NCBI RefSeq assembly: GCF_006345805.1
Contig: NC_043014.1
Coordinates: 27,590,001 to 27,654,000, forward strand
Source of the DNA: Octopus sinensis
Taxonomy: Eukaryota
Length of the DNA stretch: 64,000 bases
Reading direction: 5' to 3'
A model generated the notes under the pieces. The model was given only the letters and a program-made list of their open reading frames with translations. It was not told where the DNA came from and made no database searches. Position 1 is the first letter of the stretch; every line of letters starts with the position of its first letter. A program made the position numbers and the translations under genes. Positions 1-13,687 of this stretch are shown here, piece after piece.

Positions 1-121
1 TGAAGAGTGTACATAATTTTGATTTTAGCTATTTAGATGAATTGCAGTTTGTGTGTGTGTGTGTATATATATGTATGTATATATGCACACACACATATCA
101 TTTCATTTGTTTATAAACCAG

Positions 122-652
122 GATAAAAAGAACAAGAGGAATAAGAAGGCAAAGCAACACAATATAAATTCAAAACAGACATTTCCATTACCAACTGGAC
201 TGAAGACTTCTCCAGATCTGCATGTTGTTTATGACCAGCTGAAAGATACTGTCAATACCAAGCAGATGCGACAGACTGGAGTTGCAGATAAAAAGATAAA
301 ACACAAGCTAAATCGTTATTTTGATATGGTTGCTAAAAGTAATCTATTAAATGAGGTGTCATCTACTGCTGTTAATAATAATGAGGACAATAAGAAAGAA
401 CCTGTTCTTTTAAATGATAATGAGAACAACAAAAAAGGACCTGATAATAAGAGCAATAAAAATAATAAGAAGAAGCACAATAACAATATTGGTAATGGTA
501 GCAGCAATACTAAGGTTAAAAGTGTGAAACCTGCCAAAGCAGGTCAACCACTACAACTGGCAGAAAACTTTAAAAACTTTTGTGAATCACCACCAGCATT
601 TTTCCAGAATGCTGTTTCAAAGGTTAAAATGTCTGCAACTAGAAAAAAAAAT
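122..652 (+). CDS. RRP1: RRP1/RRP1B (Nop52/NNP-1)-like gene, internal coding exon (K/N-rich low-complexity region)
   Basis: Acceptor ccag|GAT at 122, donor GTAAGT at 653; 531 nt, phase 0-0, open frame (part of ORF 53..691). Splices in frame to exon 5426-5510. Upstream exons lie outside the window. Confidence 0.75.
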
Positions 653-1218
653 GTAAGTCTTACTATTTCTTTTTCCTACATTTTGCACTGATCTTTTTGG
701 TATTTTAACTACTGTATTTATTTGTGCATAATCTGCATTTGTTTTCTTGAAAAAATGGTGGTATGTTTTCTACAGTGTTGTTTTCCAGCTTCGTCTCACT
801 TTCAGTTATTTTTTTTGTCATTTAGTATTCATAACCTTCTAATGTTTCTATACAGAAATGACTGTAAATCTGACTGGACACTATAATACTAAAGAAAAGT
901 CAGTGTGTGCTATACTTGTGTTATCACTAAATTTTAGGAGTCAGTGTACATAAAAAATTTTTGCCTTGCACAAAATTTTCCCTGTGACAAATGTATGTGT
1001 GCACTAATGTACTGTTTTTTTTCTTCTCTTTGGTACTCTGGTTGCAAACCAGGTGTACATATACACATACAGAGTTTTGAAGGGACAGTGCACATGAAAC
1101 TTTTTCCTAATTCCTTCTTATTTTTTTAAATTCTGTATTTTACATATGCACACAAGTGGACAGGTTTGATTCCTAACAGGTCATACTATCATACCAGTCT
1201 TTCTCATTGGGGTGTGTG

Positions 1219-1259
<41 letters not shown>

Positions 1260-2039
1260 GTTTGTATGGTTAACAGCATGTCATCATTTTGATGACATGT
1301 TTGTTTATTCTTAAAAAGTTTTGGGAGATTCCAATGCAAATATGTAAATGCTGTTGTGTTCATCACAGGAGATCAGCTTCTTTACAATGAATACATGTTC
1401 ATAACACACTTGATTCATTAGTACAAGGGATTCTGTCTGGGATGCTAGTGTTTTGACATGTTGTATCCTGTCAGCTAAATGTACATGGACCATTGAATCT
1501 AACAAGAACTGATGGCCTTGTATATAATTTGAGTACAAACTGTTTACTGATCCATGCTGATATCTGCCAACCAATAAAAAAAATGTCATTTGCATGGTGA
1601 ACATGTTCTGAATTTGTGTTTATACAAGAGTGTGCATAATTTTGATTTTAGCTATTTAGATGAATTGCAGTTGTCAAGTAGTGGGGAAACATTCCCCACT
1701 GCTTAGCAGTGTTGGTTTCTTTGCATCCCTGTAACTTAGTGGTTTGGTCAAAGAGACTGATAGAATAAGTACCATACATAAAAATAAGTACTAGGGTCAA
1801 TTTGTTTGACTAAATTCGTCAAGGTGGTGCCCTAGCATAGCCACAGTCCAAAGACTGAAACAAGTAACAATTAATGTTTCTATTTCTACTATATAGATTT
1901 TTTTTTTTATTAGAGCAAAGAAACAGGCCTGAAAGGACTGGGTGTGGAGAACTATATCAGGTAGCTAGAATGGAATCTAGGAGACAGGTATATGTAGTTA
2001 GTAGGAGAAACAGAAAGTTTGCCATTGTTCAGAGGCTTG

Positions 2040-3350
2040 GGGTGTTTCACATTGTGAGACTGTTGGAGAAAATCATGGTGTTGTAGGGAAGAAGTGTTTT
2101 TGCACAGATGATTGTACACTTTGGAGTAAATGATTCTACAAAGAAAGAGGCCTGGAAGTGCCACTATAAAAGGTGCTATGCATGGGAAAAGGAGAATCTG
2201 CCTGAGGTGGACCCAACCGAGGGACTGGCTTCCTGAATTGACAGTAGCTTAGTAGATAAAGCAATTAAGGATAGAGAGAGAGGGAAAGCCCCTGGCCCAT
2301 CAAGAGTCACCACTGAGATGCTTAAAATATCTGGAGTGGGATATGGTCTAGTCACCCATTTAGTTAATCAGGTTATCCTTGAGGGAATCATTCCCAACTG
2401 GTGTAGCAGCATTGTAGTTACCTGCTACAAAGGTAAAAGTGATGCCTTAGAAATAATTACAGAGGTATCAAATTGCATGGCTGTGTGATTAAGAAACTTG
2501 CTTCCCAAACATGTGGTCTCAGGTTCAGTCCTACTGCACAGCACTTTAGGCAAATCTTTTCTACTATAATCTTGGGCTGACCAAAGCCTTGTGAGCAATG
2601 GTAAATTGAAACTGAAAGAAGCCCATTGTGTGTATCTTTGTCTTGATATCATGTGATGGTTGTAAATGAGTATTGCCCTCATACAAGTGATGTTCATTTT
2701 CTGTCTGAAAAACTCTATCTGTCCAAAGGGAAATATTACCTTGCTTGGAAACAGATAAGGTTGGCAGCAGGAAGTGCATCAACTCTAGAAATCCTGTCTG
2801 TGCAACCATGGAAAAGTGGGCATTGAATGATGATGAATGAATGAAATGACTGGAATGCTTTTGGTGGTAGGTTTACTGAATCAGATTTGACCTAGGGCTA
2901 AACTGTTTGATAGACTGTTCAGATCCATACAAATCAGTAATATCTGTTGCTCTCTTACACCAGTAAAGGAGAAGGAGGGCTCCTGCCAGACATCTACACT
3001 TTCTGGATCTATTATTAAAAGCTGTTTTTGATGTCAAACTTTGACATAATAGGAAAACTCAGTGTTGTATACTTGAAGTAATCAATCAAATAAATGAAAG
3101 GAGGTCAGATACACAGCAGAAAGGGTGCACATGAAAATGGAAAGGAATTAACAGAGTAGATGATTCTCTAGAAGTAATAGGTAGTTCCAGTTATGTAAGT
3201 GATTTAATTAGTGCTGGAGATGCTTGTAGTAAAAAATAATTGTAGCTAAAGTAAGAGCTGGAAACGTTTCAAAATGCTTGCTGATTACTCTGGCAATAAA
3301 GTGTTTCTCCATCTTGCAAAACTCAAATTATAAGAATATGTGTATGAGAT
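2040..3350 (+). mobile_element. Degenerate RTE-clade LINE fragments (2040-2480 and about 3110-3350), interrupted by other repeats
   Basis: GKAPGPS..TTEMLK ... NYRGIKL and later LEV...Y..D.IS.G RT-like peptides with stops. Confidence 0.65.
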
Positions 3351-4330
3351 TCAGCTGAAAAGTTCATAGGCTGACTGAGATACTCTCATTGAAAATGACC
3401 AAATGCAATTTATTTTTCAATGTAGTCCTCCTTGCAGTCCACACACTTCTTCCATCGGTGTTGCAGTGCTTGGACTCTACTCGTGAAGCAGCTTTCATCC
3501 TGTTGGTTAAAAAAGTCATCAACAGCAGATATGCTGTCATCATCACTGTGATACTGGTTCCTAGCCAGGTGTTTTATCCTGTTGAGGAACAGATGATAAT
3601 CAGATGGGGCTAAATCAGGAGAATAGGGAGGATGATCAACCAGTTCGAAGAGTCACACACAGCAGGCAGTATTGCTCTAATAAAAGAAGGCCCATTTCAT
3701 CACTTTTTTATGGGTGTTTAGTTTTGATAGTCTTTTGTAACTACCTCAGCAAGTTGGTATTGTAGTCTCTTTTGATGTTGTGGTCCTTTTGAAGATAGTC
3801 AACACAATTACCAAAAACTGAGGCTATCATCTTCCCAACAGATGAAAAAACCTTGGCCTTTTTTGGAGCAGGTAAGGAGAGATGTTTTCACTGCATGAAT
3901 TGTCTCTTTGTCTCTGGCTCAAAGTGATGATGTGCCTGGTGTGCTTTTGGTTTGGTGTCAGAGAGACATGCCACCCACCAAGCAGAAAATTTCATTGTGC
4001 AGAATATTCTCATCTCTCTCAAGAAATATGCTAATAGCATTGGCTCTTTGGTTTTGTTGACCACAAGGCAACTGACAATAAACCAATGTTTTCTTTGGTG
4101 GTGGCAGTTGTAGGAAATCCAGACCTTGGGTTATCTTCAAGGCTCACTGTTCCTCTCCTAAATTCATCTGTCCATTTTTGCACATTTGATAAAGATAGAG
4201 CATCATCTAATGTAACAACCATGTCAGCATGAATGTCCTTATTGGTTTAGCCCTTTTACTGTGAGTACTTGGTAACACCACAATGTGAAATTTTATCCAT
4301 TTTGAAGAGAAGTTGATGCTAGTTACTTTT
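3350..4330 (-). mobile_element. Decayed mariner transposon
   Basis: Minus strand gives WTDEFRRG..SLEDNPRSG (N-terminal HTH) and YSPDLAPSDYHLF...RWKKCV at the C-terminus. Boundaries approximate. Confidence 0.8.
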
Positions 4331-5425
4331 GAAGTCTGAATAGTCAGATGTCAGTTTACCTGGAAATAATGTGGTTATTAATAAGAAAACATGAAACTAA
4401 TGCATGCAAGATGTGTAGTGATGTTGGGGTGCACACACATACAGTGTATGTATTTGCTGTGCTACATGAATCAGACAGATTTTGTTTAGGTAGATTTTCT
4501 ATGGCCAGGTGTTCGTCCTGTTTCCAAGCTAGGTAATGTTACTCCATGAATGACTGAAAAGGAACAAAATTGTTTTGGGGATTTCATTTGCAGTTATCTT
4601 GTGTACATGCATACATTCACACATATATAAATATATAACAGGCTTCTTTCTGTCAGATCCACTCACAAGGCTTTGGTTAGCCCAGACACTTGCCCAAGCT
4701 GCCATGTAGTGGAACTGAACCTGAGGCCACATAGTTGAAAAGCAAGCTTTTTAAACTACACAGAATGATTCCTCTCTGTTAGGAGTGCTATTGCTTGCAT
4801 GGGTCAGATAGAATTTATTGAGGCAGATTTTTCATAGCCAAATCAACTCTCACCTGTTTCCTAACTAGGAAGATTTCCTCATGGCCAGACATGTTTTCAC
4901 AAGATTGGAAATGCAGGACACTATTTGTTTGATAGTGACACTCATTTGCAATCATTATGCAATGTCAAGGCAAGGATGCACGCATACACATGATAGGCTT
5001 CTATCAGTTCCTATCTACCAAATCCACTCCCAAGGCTTTAGAAGACACTTGCCCAAGATGCCTTGCAATGCGACAGGACATGAAACTACTTGATTGTGAA
5101 GTGAACTTAATTGTACAACTCTGCCTTCACCTAATACAATAAAAAAAAAAGCAAGGTGGTGTCTCCTCGGTTTTTGATTATATTTTCAGTATGATCAAGT
5201 CATACATACTGTTAAATGAGTAATAGGTACTATGATTCCAAAAGAGAACATAGGTTATGAACTTTGGCTTAGCTCTGAAAACAGTTACTTATTATGAACC
5301 AGTCTGTCATTTGTTTTGTCTTTAGTTAGAACGTTTAGCTATGTACAACTGTGTAACTTTTGAAAGTATGCAGTTTGACTAAGTTTTATATAAATACATA
5401 TTAGTTTTTATTTTATGTGTTATAG

Positions 5426-5510
5426 AAGCCCCAAATTATCTCAACAGATCTAAGTGATGCTGGTTTACAAGACAGAAAGTCAGTCAGTTTTGACATGAAT
5501 CAAAACAAAG
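5426..5510 (+). CDS. RRP1: RRP1/RRP1B-like gene, penultimate coding exon (KPQIISTDLSDAGLQDRKSVSFDMNQNK)
   Basis: ttatag| acceptor, |GTTGGT donor, 85 nt, phase 0-1. RKSVSFDMNQN resembles the KKVTFGLNRN PP1-docking segment of RRP1B. Confidence 0.75.
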
Positions 5511-5761
5511 GTTGGTGCTTTCAGATTTTTTTTTGAAAATTACTAAGCAGAATCAACCTCATTCGTCTTTATCTTTTTTGTTTTCAATGATGAGATAGGT
5601 TAAATGAGGTTTATTGGGGCAGATTTTCTATAAGTAGAGCCTCTTCCTGTTGCCAACCTTCTTCAATTGTCAAAAGCAACTGAAGTGGGGGACTTTTTGT
5701 TTACTGGAAAATTTGAACAGTGTCACTGTTTTTGCAAAGATGGTATTTATGAAATTTATTT

Positions 5762-5990
5762 AAAGGCGGCGAGCTGGCAGAAACGTTAGCACGCCGGATG
5801 AAATGCTTTGCAGTGTTTCCTCTGCCACTACGTTCTGAGTTCAAATTCCGCCGAGGTCGACTTTGCCTTTCATCCTTTCGGGGTCGATTAAATAAGTGCC
5901 AGTTACGCACTGGGGTCGATATAATCGACTTAATCCGTTTGTCTGTCCTTGTTTGTCCTCTCTGTGTTTAGCCCCTTGTGGGTAGTAAAG
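5762..5990 (+). mobile_element. tRNA-derived SINE with a Nin/Deu-like central domain
   Basis: A-box TGGCAGAAACG, B-box GAGTTCAAATT, core CTTTCATCCTTTCGGGGTCGA. Degenerate relatives at about 12200-12330, 13420-13570, 29170-29330 and 32980-33180. Confidence 0.75.
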
Positions 5991-6910
5991 AAATAGGTAT
6001 TTATGAAATCACAGATCAACATACGTACACACACATGTACATGTACAATTTGAATTGTACAGCATGCAACCTGTATTTAGAATTTTGTATGAATCTTTAT
6101 ACATTGAAGAAGACAAACTGTATATTACAAAGTTTCCTTTTCCTTGTTAATCAAAAAGTGCTACTCTTACAAGATAATGTCCAAGTCATTTAGGAGGTTA
6201 TATTTAGTGTCATAGGTTATGGCACTAAATATGGAAGTTTTACCTCGTTCTCTTTAACCTTCTGACTAACATCTTTTCAGGTCCATTACAACATGAACCT
6301 GAAAACAATTTATTAATTGTGAAGAGGTTCAAAATGGTATTGAGTGTTTCTTCACTTTGAAACCTGAAGAGTTTTATGCTCAGTCGATTAGCAATTTGTG
6401 AAACAGATGGGATTATATTATCAATAATGAAGAGGAATATTATCTTGATAAAATATATAAATTAAGACCAAAGAAGCTCTTTCATATATACATATATGTG
6501 ATCATGTGACCAACTAGGCCATCAGATGTTGCTACACATTGCTGGTCACAATGCACTTTGCGTTGTTTTAGCCTTCAGTGACGCCACCCTCTGGCTAAGT
6601 GAGCAGGCCAACAGAAGAAAGAATGAAAGTTGTGGTGAAAGAGTACAGCAGGGATCACCACCACCCCATGCCGGAGTCTTGTGGAGCTTTAGGTGTTTTC
6701 TCTCAGTAAACACTCACAACTCCTGATCTGGGAATCGAAACTGCGAGTCTGCTGCCCTAACCACTGGGCCATTGTGCCTCCACATATATATATTGAAATG
6801 TGACAGTACTTTCTTTCCAACCTGATATAGATAAGGCTGATTGTAACAATTCTTGTGATATTAGTTTGGCAAACATTTACTTTGAAATTTTCGTTTTTCA
6901 TTGATTTCAG

Positions 6911-7065
6911 CATTTCTGCCAGAGACCCCAATTAGCTCTGAAACACCTTTCAACTCCCAAAAGAAGCCAAAAACAGGTATTTTGAAACCTTCTCTATCAC
7001 CAATTCTTGTTGCTAAGAAGAAAAAGGGAATTACGAAGCGACAAAAAGCAGCAGATTTCTTTTGA
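6911..7065 (+). CDS. RRP1: RRP1/RRP1B-like gene, last coding exon ending ...GILKPSLSP...KRQKAADFF*
   Basis: tttcag| acceptor, phase 1 completes Ala, TGA at 7063-7065. The C-terminus matches the RRP1B-type ending (GVLK...RRPRAMDFF). Confidence 0.8.
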
Positions 7066-9039
7066 TTTTTTTGTACAGCATACAACCTGTATTTAGAACT
7101 TTGAATGAATTTTTATACATTGAAGAAGAGAAACTGTATATTACAAAGTTTCCTTCTCCTTGTTAATCAAAAAGTGCTGCACAACAAATATGAACATTGC
7201 TCTGTTGGACAGAATTTCCATTAAAATTTTATCCAAACGTCTATTTACAACTCCAATATTATATATATATTTTATATATATTTCAAATCTGGGTTACTGT
7301 TATAACCAACCACTGACATTTCAGTAAACTAATGCCATTTTAGGAGGGATAAAGGCAGATATTCCATTGACAACACATCTCACTTCTTTACTGTTTTCTT
7401 TTGTTTTTGATGTCCTAGAGAATAAGAAATGATTGAACTAGGTGTATTGCTGGTTTTAATGATTTTCTCTCCCCACCCTCCTCAATGAACATTTGTTATT
7501 TTCCTGAATATTTTTGTGATTCTGTCCATTTGTTTGTCTAATCATCACTCTAAGTGAGCAGAGTCAGTTTAAAAAGCTCACTCCTGCAACAGCTATTAAT
7601 ACATTGTGCCACTGAGGGAGTCACATGATTCAACATCTCTACATAACAGTAGGTTCCATTACAATTTCGTAGTTGATTAACCCTCTCAGATCAGGGCTCC
7701 TGAGCAAAAAAGAAATAAATTGTTGCATATACAGCTCAAGAGTGATGATTACAGACAAACTAATGGACAGAATCACAAAAATATTCAGGAAAATAACAAT
7801 AGGCCTTTCTCTCAACTACCATAATTGTTCAGCTGAAATGATACTTTCCTCATCACTTTCACCAGTTTGATTGTCCAAATGACTCTTATTGCCTGCGTAA
7901 GGGTAAACTCTGTCTGAAGAAAAAATATTGTCAATATCATAATCAGCTGCAAAGAGTCTAGGCCTAGCTCGTTTACGAGATGAAATTTTGGGTTCATAAC
8001 ATGCTCATTTCATTGCAAAATCTCTCATTTTCTTTATTGAAAACAAGTAAACATCATCTATGGGGTGCATCATTAACAATAAGTCATAAAGACTCTTGAC
8101 AATAAAGCTGCAACATGATAGGTTGTCTAATTTTAGTAATTTGTCTTCTTTTTCTATATGTTGTTCATTACCACTTTAACAGGAATCGGGCTGGTAGAGA
8201 TTGTTTATGCTATTCCTGGTATACCAAGAACACATCACAATAGGGTTAAATATGGGATAGGTGGGGGCAATAGCCAAAGAAAAAAAACCGTTATGTGGTT
8301 ATTCAACCTAACAGAAAATAACAACCATACACGTTATTACACGTTATTCTCTTTGAAATAAAAGAAGTCACATTGGATAATAGAGTCCTAGATAAGCTAT
8401 GTATGGAGAAAAAACCTCAAAATGATCATTGTTTAAATCTATTTGGTTGTTGGTTGACATGGGATTAAACAAGAAAAACAATAACAGTTCATATCAATAG
8501 CAAAAATAATTCCCATTTTACCAGAGAAAAATGAATGGAAACTTGTATAGATTATCAAAAATGGACTTTATTTTTCTCACACTTTACAAACAATATATAT
8601 ATTTTATAGTGCCCCTAATTGTACAGGGCCACTCCCATCACTCTTGACTGTAAATAGTGAACCAGTGACTGGGATGTTGGAAACCCGTAACAAATGATGG
8701 GCAGTATAAATAAGGTAGGATATTTTTGTTCAAGAACACCAGTTTATTAGCTTTCTTGCTAATATATCATCATTAATTTTACATGTTTTCCCATGCAAGT
8801 ATGGGTTTGATGAAACTTAATTGTGGTAAATTTTCCATGGGTAGATATTGTTCCTATTGCCTACACAACTAAGGAACATTTGTTCAATGGAAAAAAAAGT
8901 AAACACGTCACTGCTAATGATGACATGCAGAATTGAGATGTGCTGTGACTGCGAAGACCCGACAATTGAAGTGAGTTCATGGCTCGCAGGATGGCCTGCT
9001 GTGCTAACCTTGGATTATAGGGTGACCTGCTGTGCTTGA

Positions 9040-9415
9040 GGAGACCTGTTGAGTCAAGTACATCAACATCAAAATAAAAATCAAATGGAAATTGTAGTTA
9101 TACTCGTGCTGGTGGCGTGTAAAAAGCACCATCCGAAGTGGCAGATGCCAGCGTCGCCTGACTGGCGTCTGTGTTGGTGACATGTGAAAAGCACCAACCG
9201 ATTATGGCCGTTTGCCAGCGTCCTCTGGCCCCTGTGCTGGTGGCACGTAAAAAACACCCACTACACTCACAGAGTGGTTGGCATTAGGAAGGGCATCAAG
9301 CTGTAAAAACACTGCCAGATCAGACTGGAGCCTGGCGCAGCCTCCTGGCTTCCCAGACCCTGGTCAAACCGTCCAACCCATGCTAGCATGGAAAACAGAC
9401 GTTGATGATGATGAT
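9040..9415 (-). repeat. Interspersed SINE-like repeat family (CATCAT...GTTTAACGTCC...CATGCTAGCATGGG)
   Basis: Reverse complement of the copies at 18035-18880; further copies at about 41720-41830 and 63895-64000. Confidence 0.75.
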
Positions 9416-10216
9416 ACACATTTGTGTGTATATACATATATATCATTGTGATTTAATGTCTATTCTCCATGCTGGCATGGATTTGATGATTGAACATCTA
9501 GAGTCAGAGGCATGTAGTTAGGGTATTCAGCACATGATCATATGGTCATGAGTTCAATTCCTGGTGGCACTTTGTATCCTTGAGCAAGACACCTTTATTT
9601 CATGTTGCTCCAGTCCACTCAGCTAGTAATATTTCAAAGGGTCAGTCTTGTCACATTGTATCATACCTGAGAACTATGTTAAGTGTACATGCTCAACGAC
9701 TTGCACATTGATTTCAAGAGCTGGCTGTTTCATTGATTGAATCAACTGGAACCCTCATAGTCGTAATCAATGGAGTGTCAGAGTCAGAGGATCACATGCT
9801 CTGACTGTTTTGGCATAGATGTTTATGGCTGGATGTCCTTCCTAACGCCAACCACTTTCCTGTGAATACTGGGTATTTTTATCATAGCAGCAACTTACAG
9901 TAAAAGAAATTGCAATGATTTTAAGCAAAAAGTTGAAAGGAACAGGTTTATATTTGTGTGATAGTGAAGAGAATAAAAGTATTCACTATCAGGGGAGAGT
10001 GGCTTAGTCTAATGGTTTCTTACATCAGCACAAATTTGCAATCATCACCAGTCCATTCCATAATATGTATTTGTGTCAGCCCAGAAGGATTTCCCAGTAG
10101 AATTTGAACTCAATAAATAGTGAAGTGTATTTAATTCAACAGTCAAATGTTTCTGTCCATCTCCTCAAAAAAAAAATCAAATGATATGATGTAGCGCTGG
10201 TAGGGCTCCTAAACCA

Positions 10217-10500
10217 TTAGCACAGAATGATATGTGCATCTGTGTGCAGCAAGATGCAGACTAATTGAATAGCTCTCTTCCAACCATGAATTTTACTGTG
10301 GAAGTCATCAAGTATGTGATACTTGGAAAGTGGTGAACCTCTGCAGTGAGCTTCTGATAGAATCTCTGAATTTGGCAAACCAGAATTCAGCTGAACTCTG
10401 ACTTGATAATTTCGGAAACTGTCTGCAAGCTTAGAGATAATTTCTGCCTGATACAAATCTTCAATGTTAGATGTTCCACTGTACTGTTGCTTCAATGCAT
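10217..10500 (-). CDS. BBS12: BBS12-like chaperonin, last coding exon (...YHILDDFHSKIHGWKRAIQLVCILLHTDAHIILC*)
   Basis: ttaacag| acceptor, phase 1, TAA at 10217-10219. Matches the human BBS12 C-terminus pattern [30 protein letters not shown]. Confidence 0.85.
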
Positions 10501-11079
10501 CTGTTAACAAAACCAAAGTAAAAAGCTTTAACAAGATTGATTTGCTCAATTTTTCTATGTGAATATAACAGAATACAACCTCTGTTTAGTAACTAAAAAT
10601 AAATCTTAATATCACACTGGTATTTATCAACCCATGAGTCAAAAGATGAAGTGCCCTCTTGCAACATGATTTCAAACTGGTGTAAATGGTTTGACTACAG
10701 AGAATGTCAAATGACAACTGATAGAAACATTTGTCTTACTTTTCAGCAGGTCAGGTGATTATGTAAAAGTTTACATAGAGTGCTGTCATTACTGCTGCAA
10801 CACCTGCAGGAACTTCAAACTTAGCACTATATATATATATATAGCAGTGAACTATATACGTGTATGTGTATTTGCTTGAGGGGAAGGTTGGCAAGTCTTT
10901 ATACTTCTGTAGAGACTGTTGTTAGTGTGGGGCATGTTCTTTTTGAGCCTCAACTTATGATTTTGTACACTCAGAAACTTTAACCTAATTACTTGCCATT
11001 GCAACTATCCTTACATGAATCATCATTTGCAACTTAGCCTGCTTTACCTCACATTATAATAGAAATCATATGAACTGAC

Positions 11080-11245
11080 CTGATTTAGCTTCAAGGTATT
11101 CTGCAATCCATAGCTCAGTCATACCTTGTCCGGCAAGGAATTTACTATGACTTAATACACTTGAAACACGGTGACAACACAGCCAGAATTCTTGTTCCAA
11201 CACATCAAGACCAGCACAAGTGGCATGGCACAATATCAAAGTCTG
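11080..11245 (-). CDS. BBS12: BBS12-like exon (QTLILCHATCAGLDVLEQEFWLCCHRVSSVLSHSKFLAGQGMTELWIAEYLEAKS)
   Basis: tcacag|CAG (NAGNAG) acceptor, |GTCAGT donor, phase 0-1. Resembles human [28 protein letters not shown]. Confidence 0.85.
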
Positions 11246-11861
11246 CTGTGAAGAGAGGAAACAAACCATTATGTAGTCATAGTATTGTGATTATTAAGTC
11301 AACTAAGTAAAAGTGTTACAGCATCAAGCAAACTGCTTCATGTATCTAGTTAGTCTCCTTTATGTTCTTAGTTCATAGTGAAACAAAACTGTTGCACTGA
11401 ACACTTGTTTAGAGTGACAGTCTTGTGAAAACCGTTTAGTATTCAGATTTTTCAGTCAAATATAAGATTTCTTCTGTCACATTATTTTGATTTAATCTGC
11501 ATAATCTCTCAGCCTTGAGATTTTGAGGATTATTTTTATTTTTAGAATGCCATTACAGAGTAGTTGTGAGAGAGCTGGTTTGAACACAAAACAGGTAGAC
11601 TATTCTGACGGGATAGGGCCAGTTTAAATGCTAAAAGGTTCATATCATGAACAATTAAAATGGGAACAAATATCAGGAAATATGCAATAATTCCAATACC
11701 AACACCTTATCACACAGTGTAGCACTGATTCTGCCTGAGAATGATATTAAGGTGGTTTTGTTAAATGAACTGGAATACACATTGCTAAGAGATTAGTGGA
11801 GTCCCACCTCTCTCTTTTGTGATTGTAAACCATTTATTAAAAACAAAAACCAAAGACTTAC

Positions 11862-11963
11862 CTGAACTTCAGACTGGTTTGACCAAAGAATCAAAAAGGT
11901 TTTTGTATTTTTCTGCAGAACGGAATTCAGGATTTTCACAGTTACACCTGATATTGTATTTTC
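11862..11963 (-). CDS. BBS12: BBS12-like exon (ENTISGVTVKILNSVLQKNTKTFLILWSNQSEVQ)
   Basis: tttttgccag| acceptor, |GTAAGT donor, 102 nt, phase 0-0; fills the expected gap between the flanking exons. Confidence 0.75.
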
Positions 11964-13687
11964 CTGGCAAAAATGAATAGTGAAATAAAATACTGCATAT
12001 CTAAATCCCTACAAATATAGCAATATGATTTAATTATCTGAATCCCTTTCTCCTTACGAAAAAGGGTTCATGATTTTTCTCATTTTGTATATTAGTATTT
12101 ATCCTACTTTGTGTGGGGTCAGATCATTTTTTATTGATGTAACTAAAACATGTTGCCCATTTCTCTCCACAATGAGGCTGGTGTGATAGGAGACAGAATT
12201 TGAATTCAGAACACTGTTCAAAAAGATAAGGCATTTTCTCCAACCCTCTAAATATTTCACCCTACACTGGTACCAAAGGAGGTAAGGCAAAGTTGACCTC
12301 ACTGAGACTTGAACTGAGTGCTGAAACCCAGAACAAATACCACAAGGTATTTTATCCAATACTAACATCTCAATTCCTCACTTCAATGATGGAGATTTAA
12401 GTTTTATTATTTTATTGTATCTCTTCTAAAGATCCTTTGTTTTCTTAGCTAACATGAGTGATTGAGTTTTTTTTGTAGATTTACATATTTTTTTCTACTG
12501 GTTTCAATCATTGGACTATGGCCATATTGGTGCTATTGTCTCATGGCTATGCAACTATTGGCCATTCGAATGACAAAACAGGTAGCATCACTTGGTGTCC
12601 ACTTTTTCATGCTTGCATTGGCCAGGTACTTTCCTACTGCAGACCCTCACCCATTTCCAAGTAAGGTAATATTTCCTATGGCCCAGATGTGAGTTTCATG
12701 TATGAGGGTGATACTTGTTTACGGACATCATGTGCTATTGAGGCAAGGGTATACACACACATATCTGTGTGTATGCATATATAGACACACACACACACAC
12801 AATAGGTATCTGTTTACCAAATCCACTCTAACGCTTTGGTTATCCTAGGGCTATAGAAGAAGACACCCAAGATGTCACACAGTGGGACTGAACCAGAGAT
12901 TACATGGTTGAGAAATAAACTTGTTAACCACACAGCCATGTTTGCACCAAACATTACTAAAGAATTTAAATGGTAGACTTTCACAGAAAATCTAACATTA
13001 TGCTTTATGTAGAATAACTACTTATTCACTCTGCTGGATGTGTCAAATTTTTATTACTGCATCTCAGAAAAGCTGTTCTCGTATCTGGAATGAATATGAC
13101 CGAGATGGAGCCTTAACAATTGTAAGTTAATATCTAAATACTAAAAGGTATATATATAAGGATGAAAGAATGCTTATTGAATAGAACTCCATTGATTAAT
13201 ATAAGCATATTGTTGTAAGGGTATGTAAATATAGCACAAGAAATAATGAATAAAACTCAGCAAGACATGAAAACAACAACAGTTGGAAAAACAAGATATT
13301 CAGCTGATTCAATCACACTTCCTTAACTCAATACTACTGAAACAGAATAAAATATTATAGTTGCACTTTATGAGTCAGTGTGGGTATTATGGTAATTTGT
13401 ATTTGTTTTTCTTAATAATGATTTCAAATTTTGGCACAAGGCCAGCAAGTTTGAGGGGGAGATAAGTCAATTACATCGATTCCAGTGCTTAATTAGTTCT
13501 TACTTTATCAACTCTAAAAGGATGAAAGGCAAAGTTGACCTTGGTAGAATTTGAACTCGACATAAAGATGGACAAAACGCTGCTGAACAGTTTGCCCACC
13601 TTCTCTCTTCCTCAATATTACAACTTATTCGTATACACACACATACAGTTTGTTTATTTTCAGTTCAAAGACATTAATTTATTATAC

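Noticed and set aside
1914-1960. Possible RRP1 exon SKETGLKGLGVENYI
   Set aside because: Weak donor (GTAGCT) and 47 nt would break the frame; exons 122-652 and 5426-5510 already join in phase.
5762-5850. tRNA gene
   Set aside because: A/B boxes are present but continue into a SINE body and no complete cloverleaf is evident; the same applies to 40740-40825.
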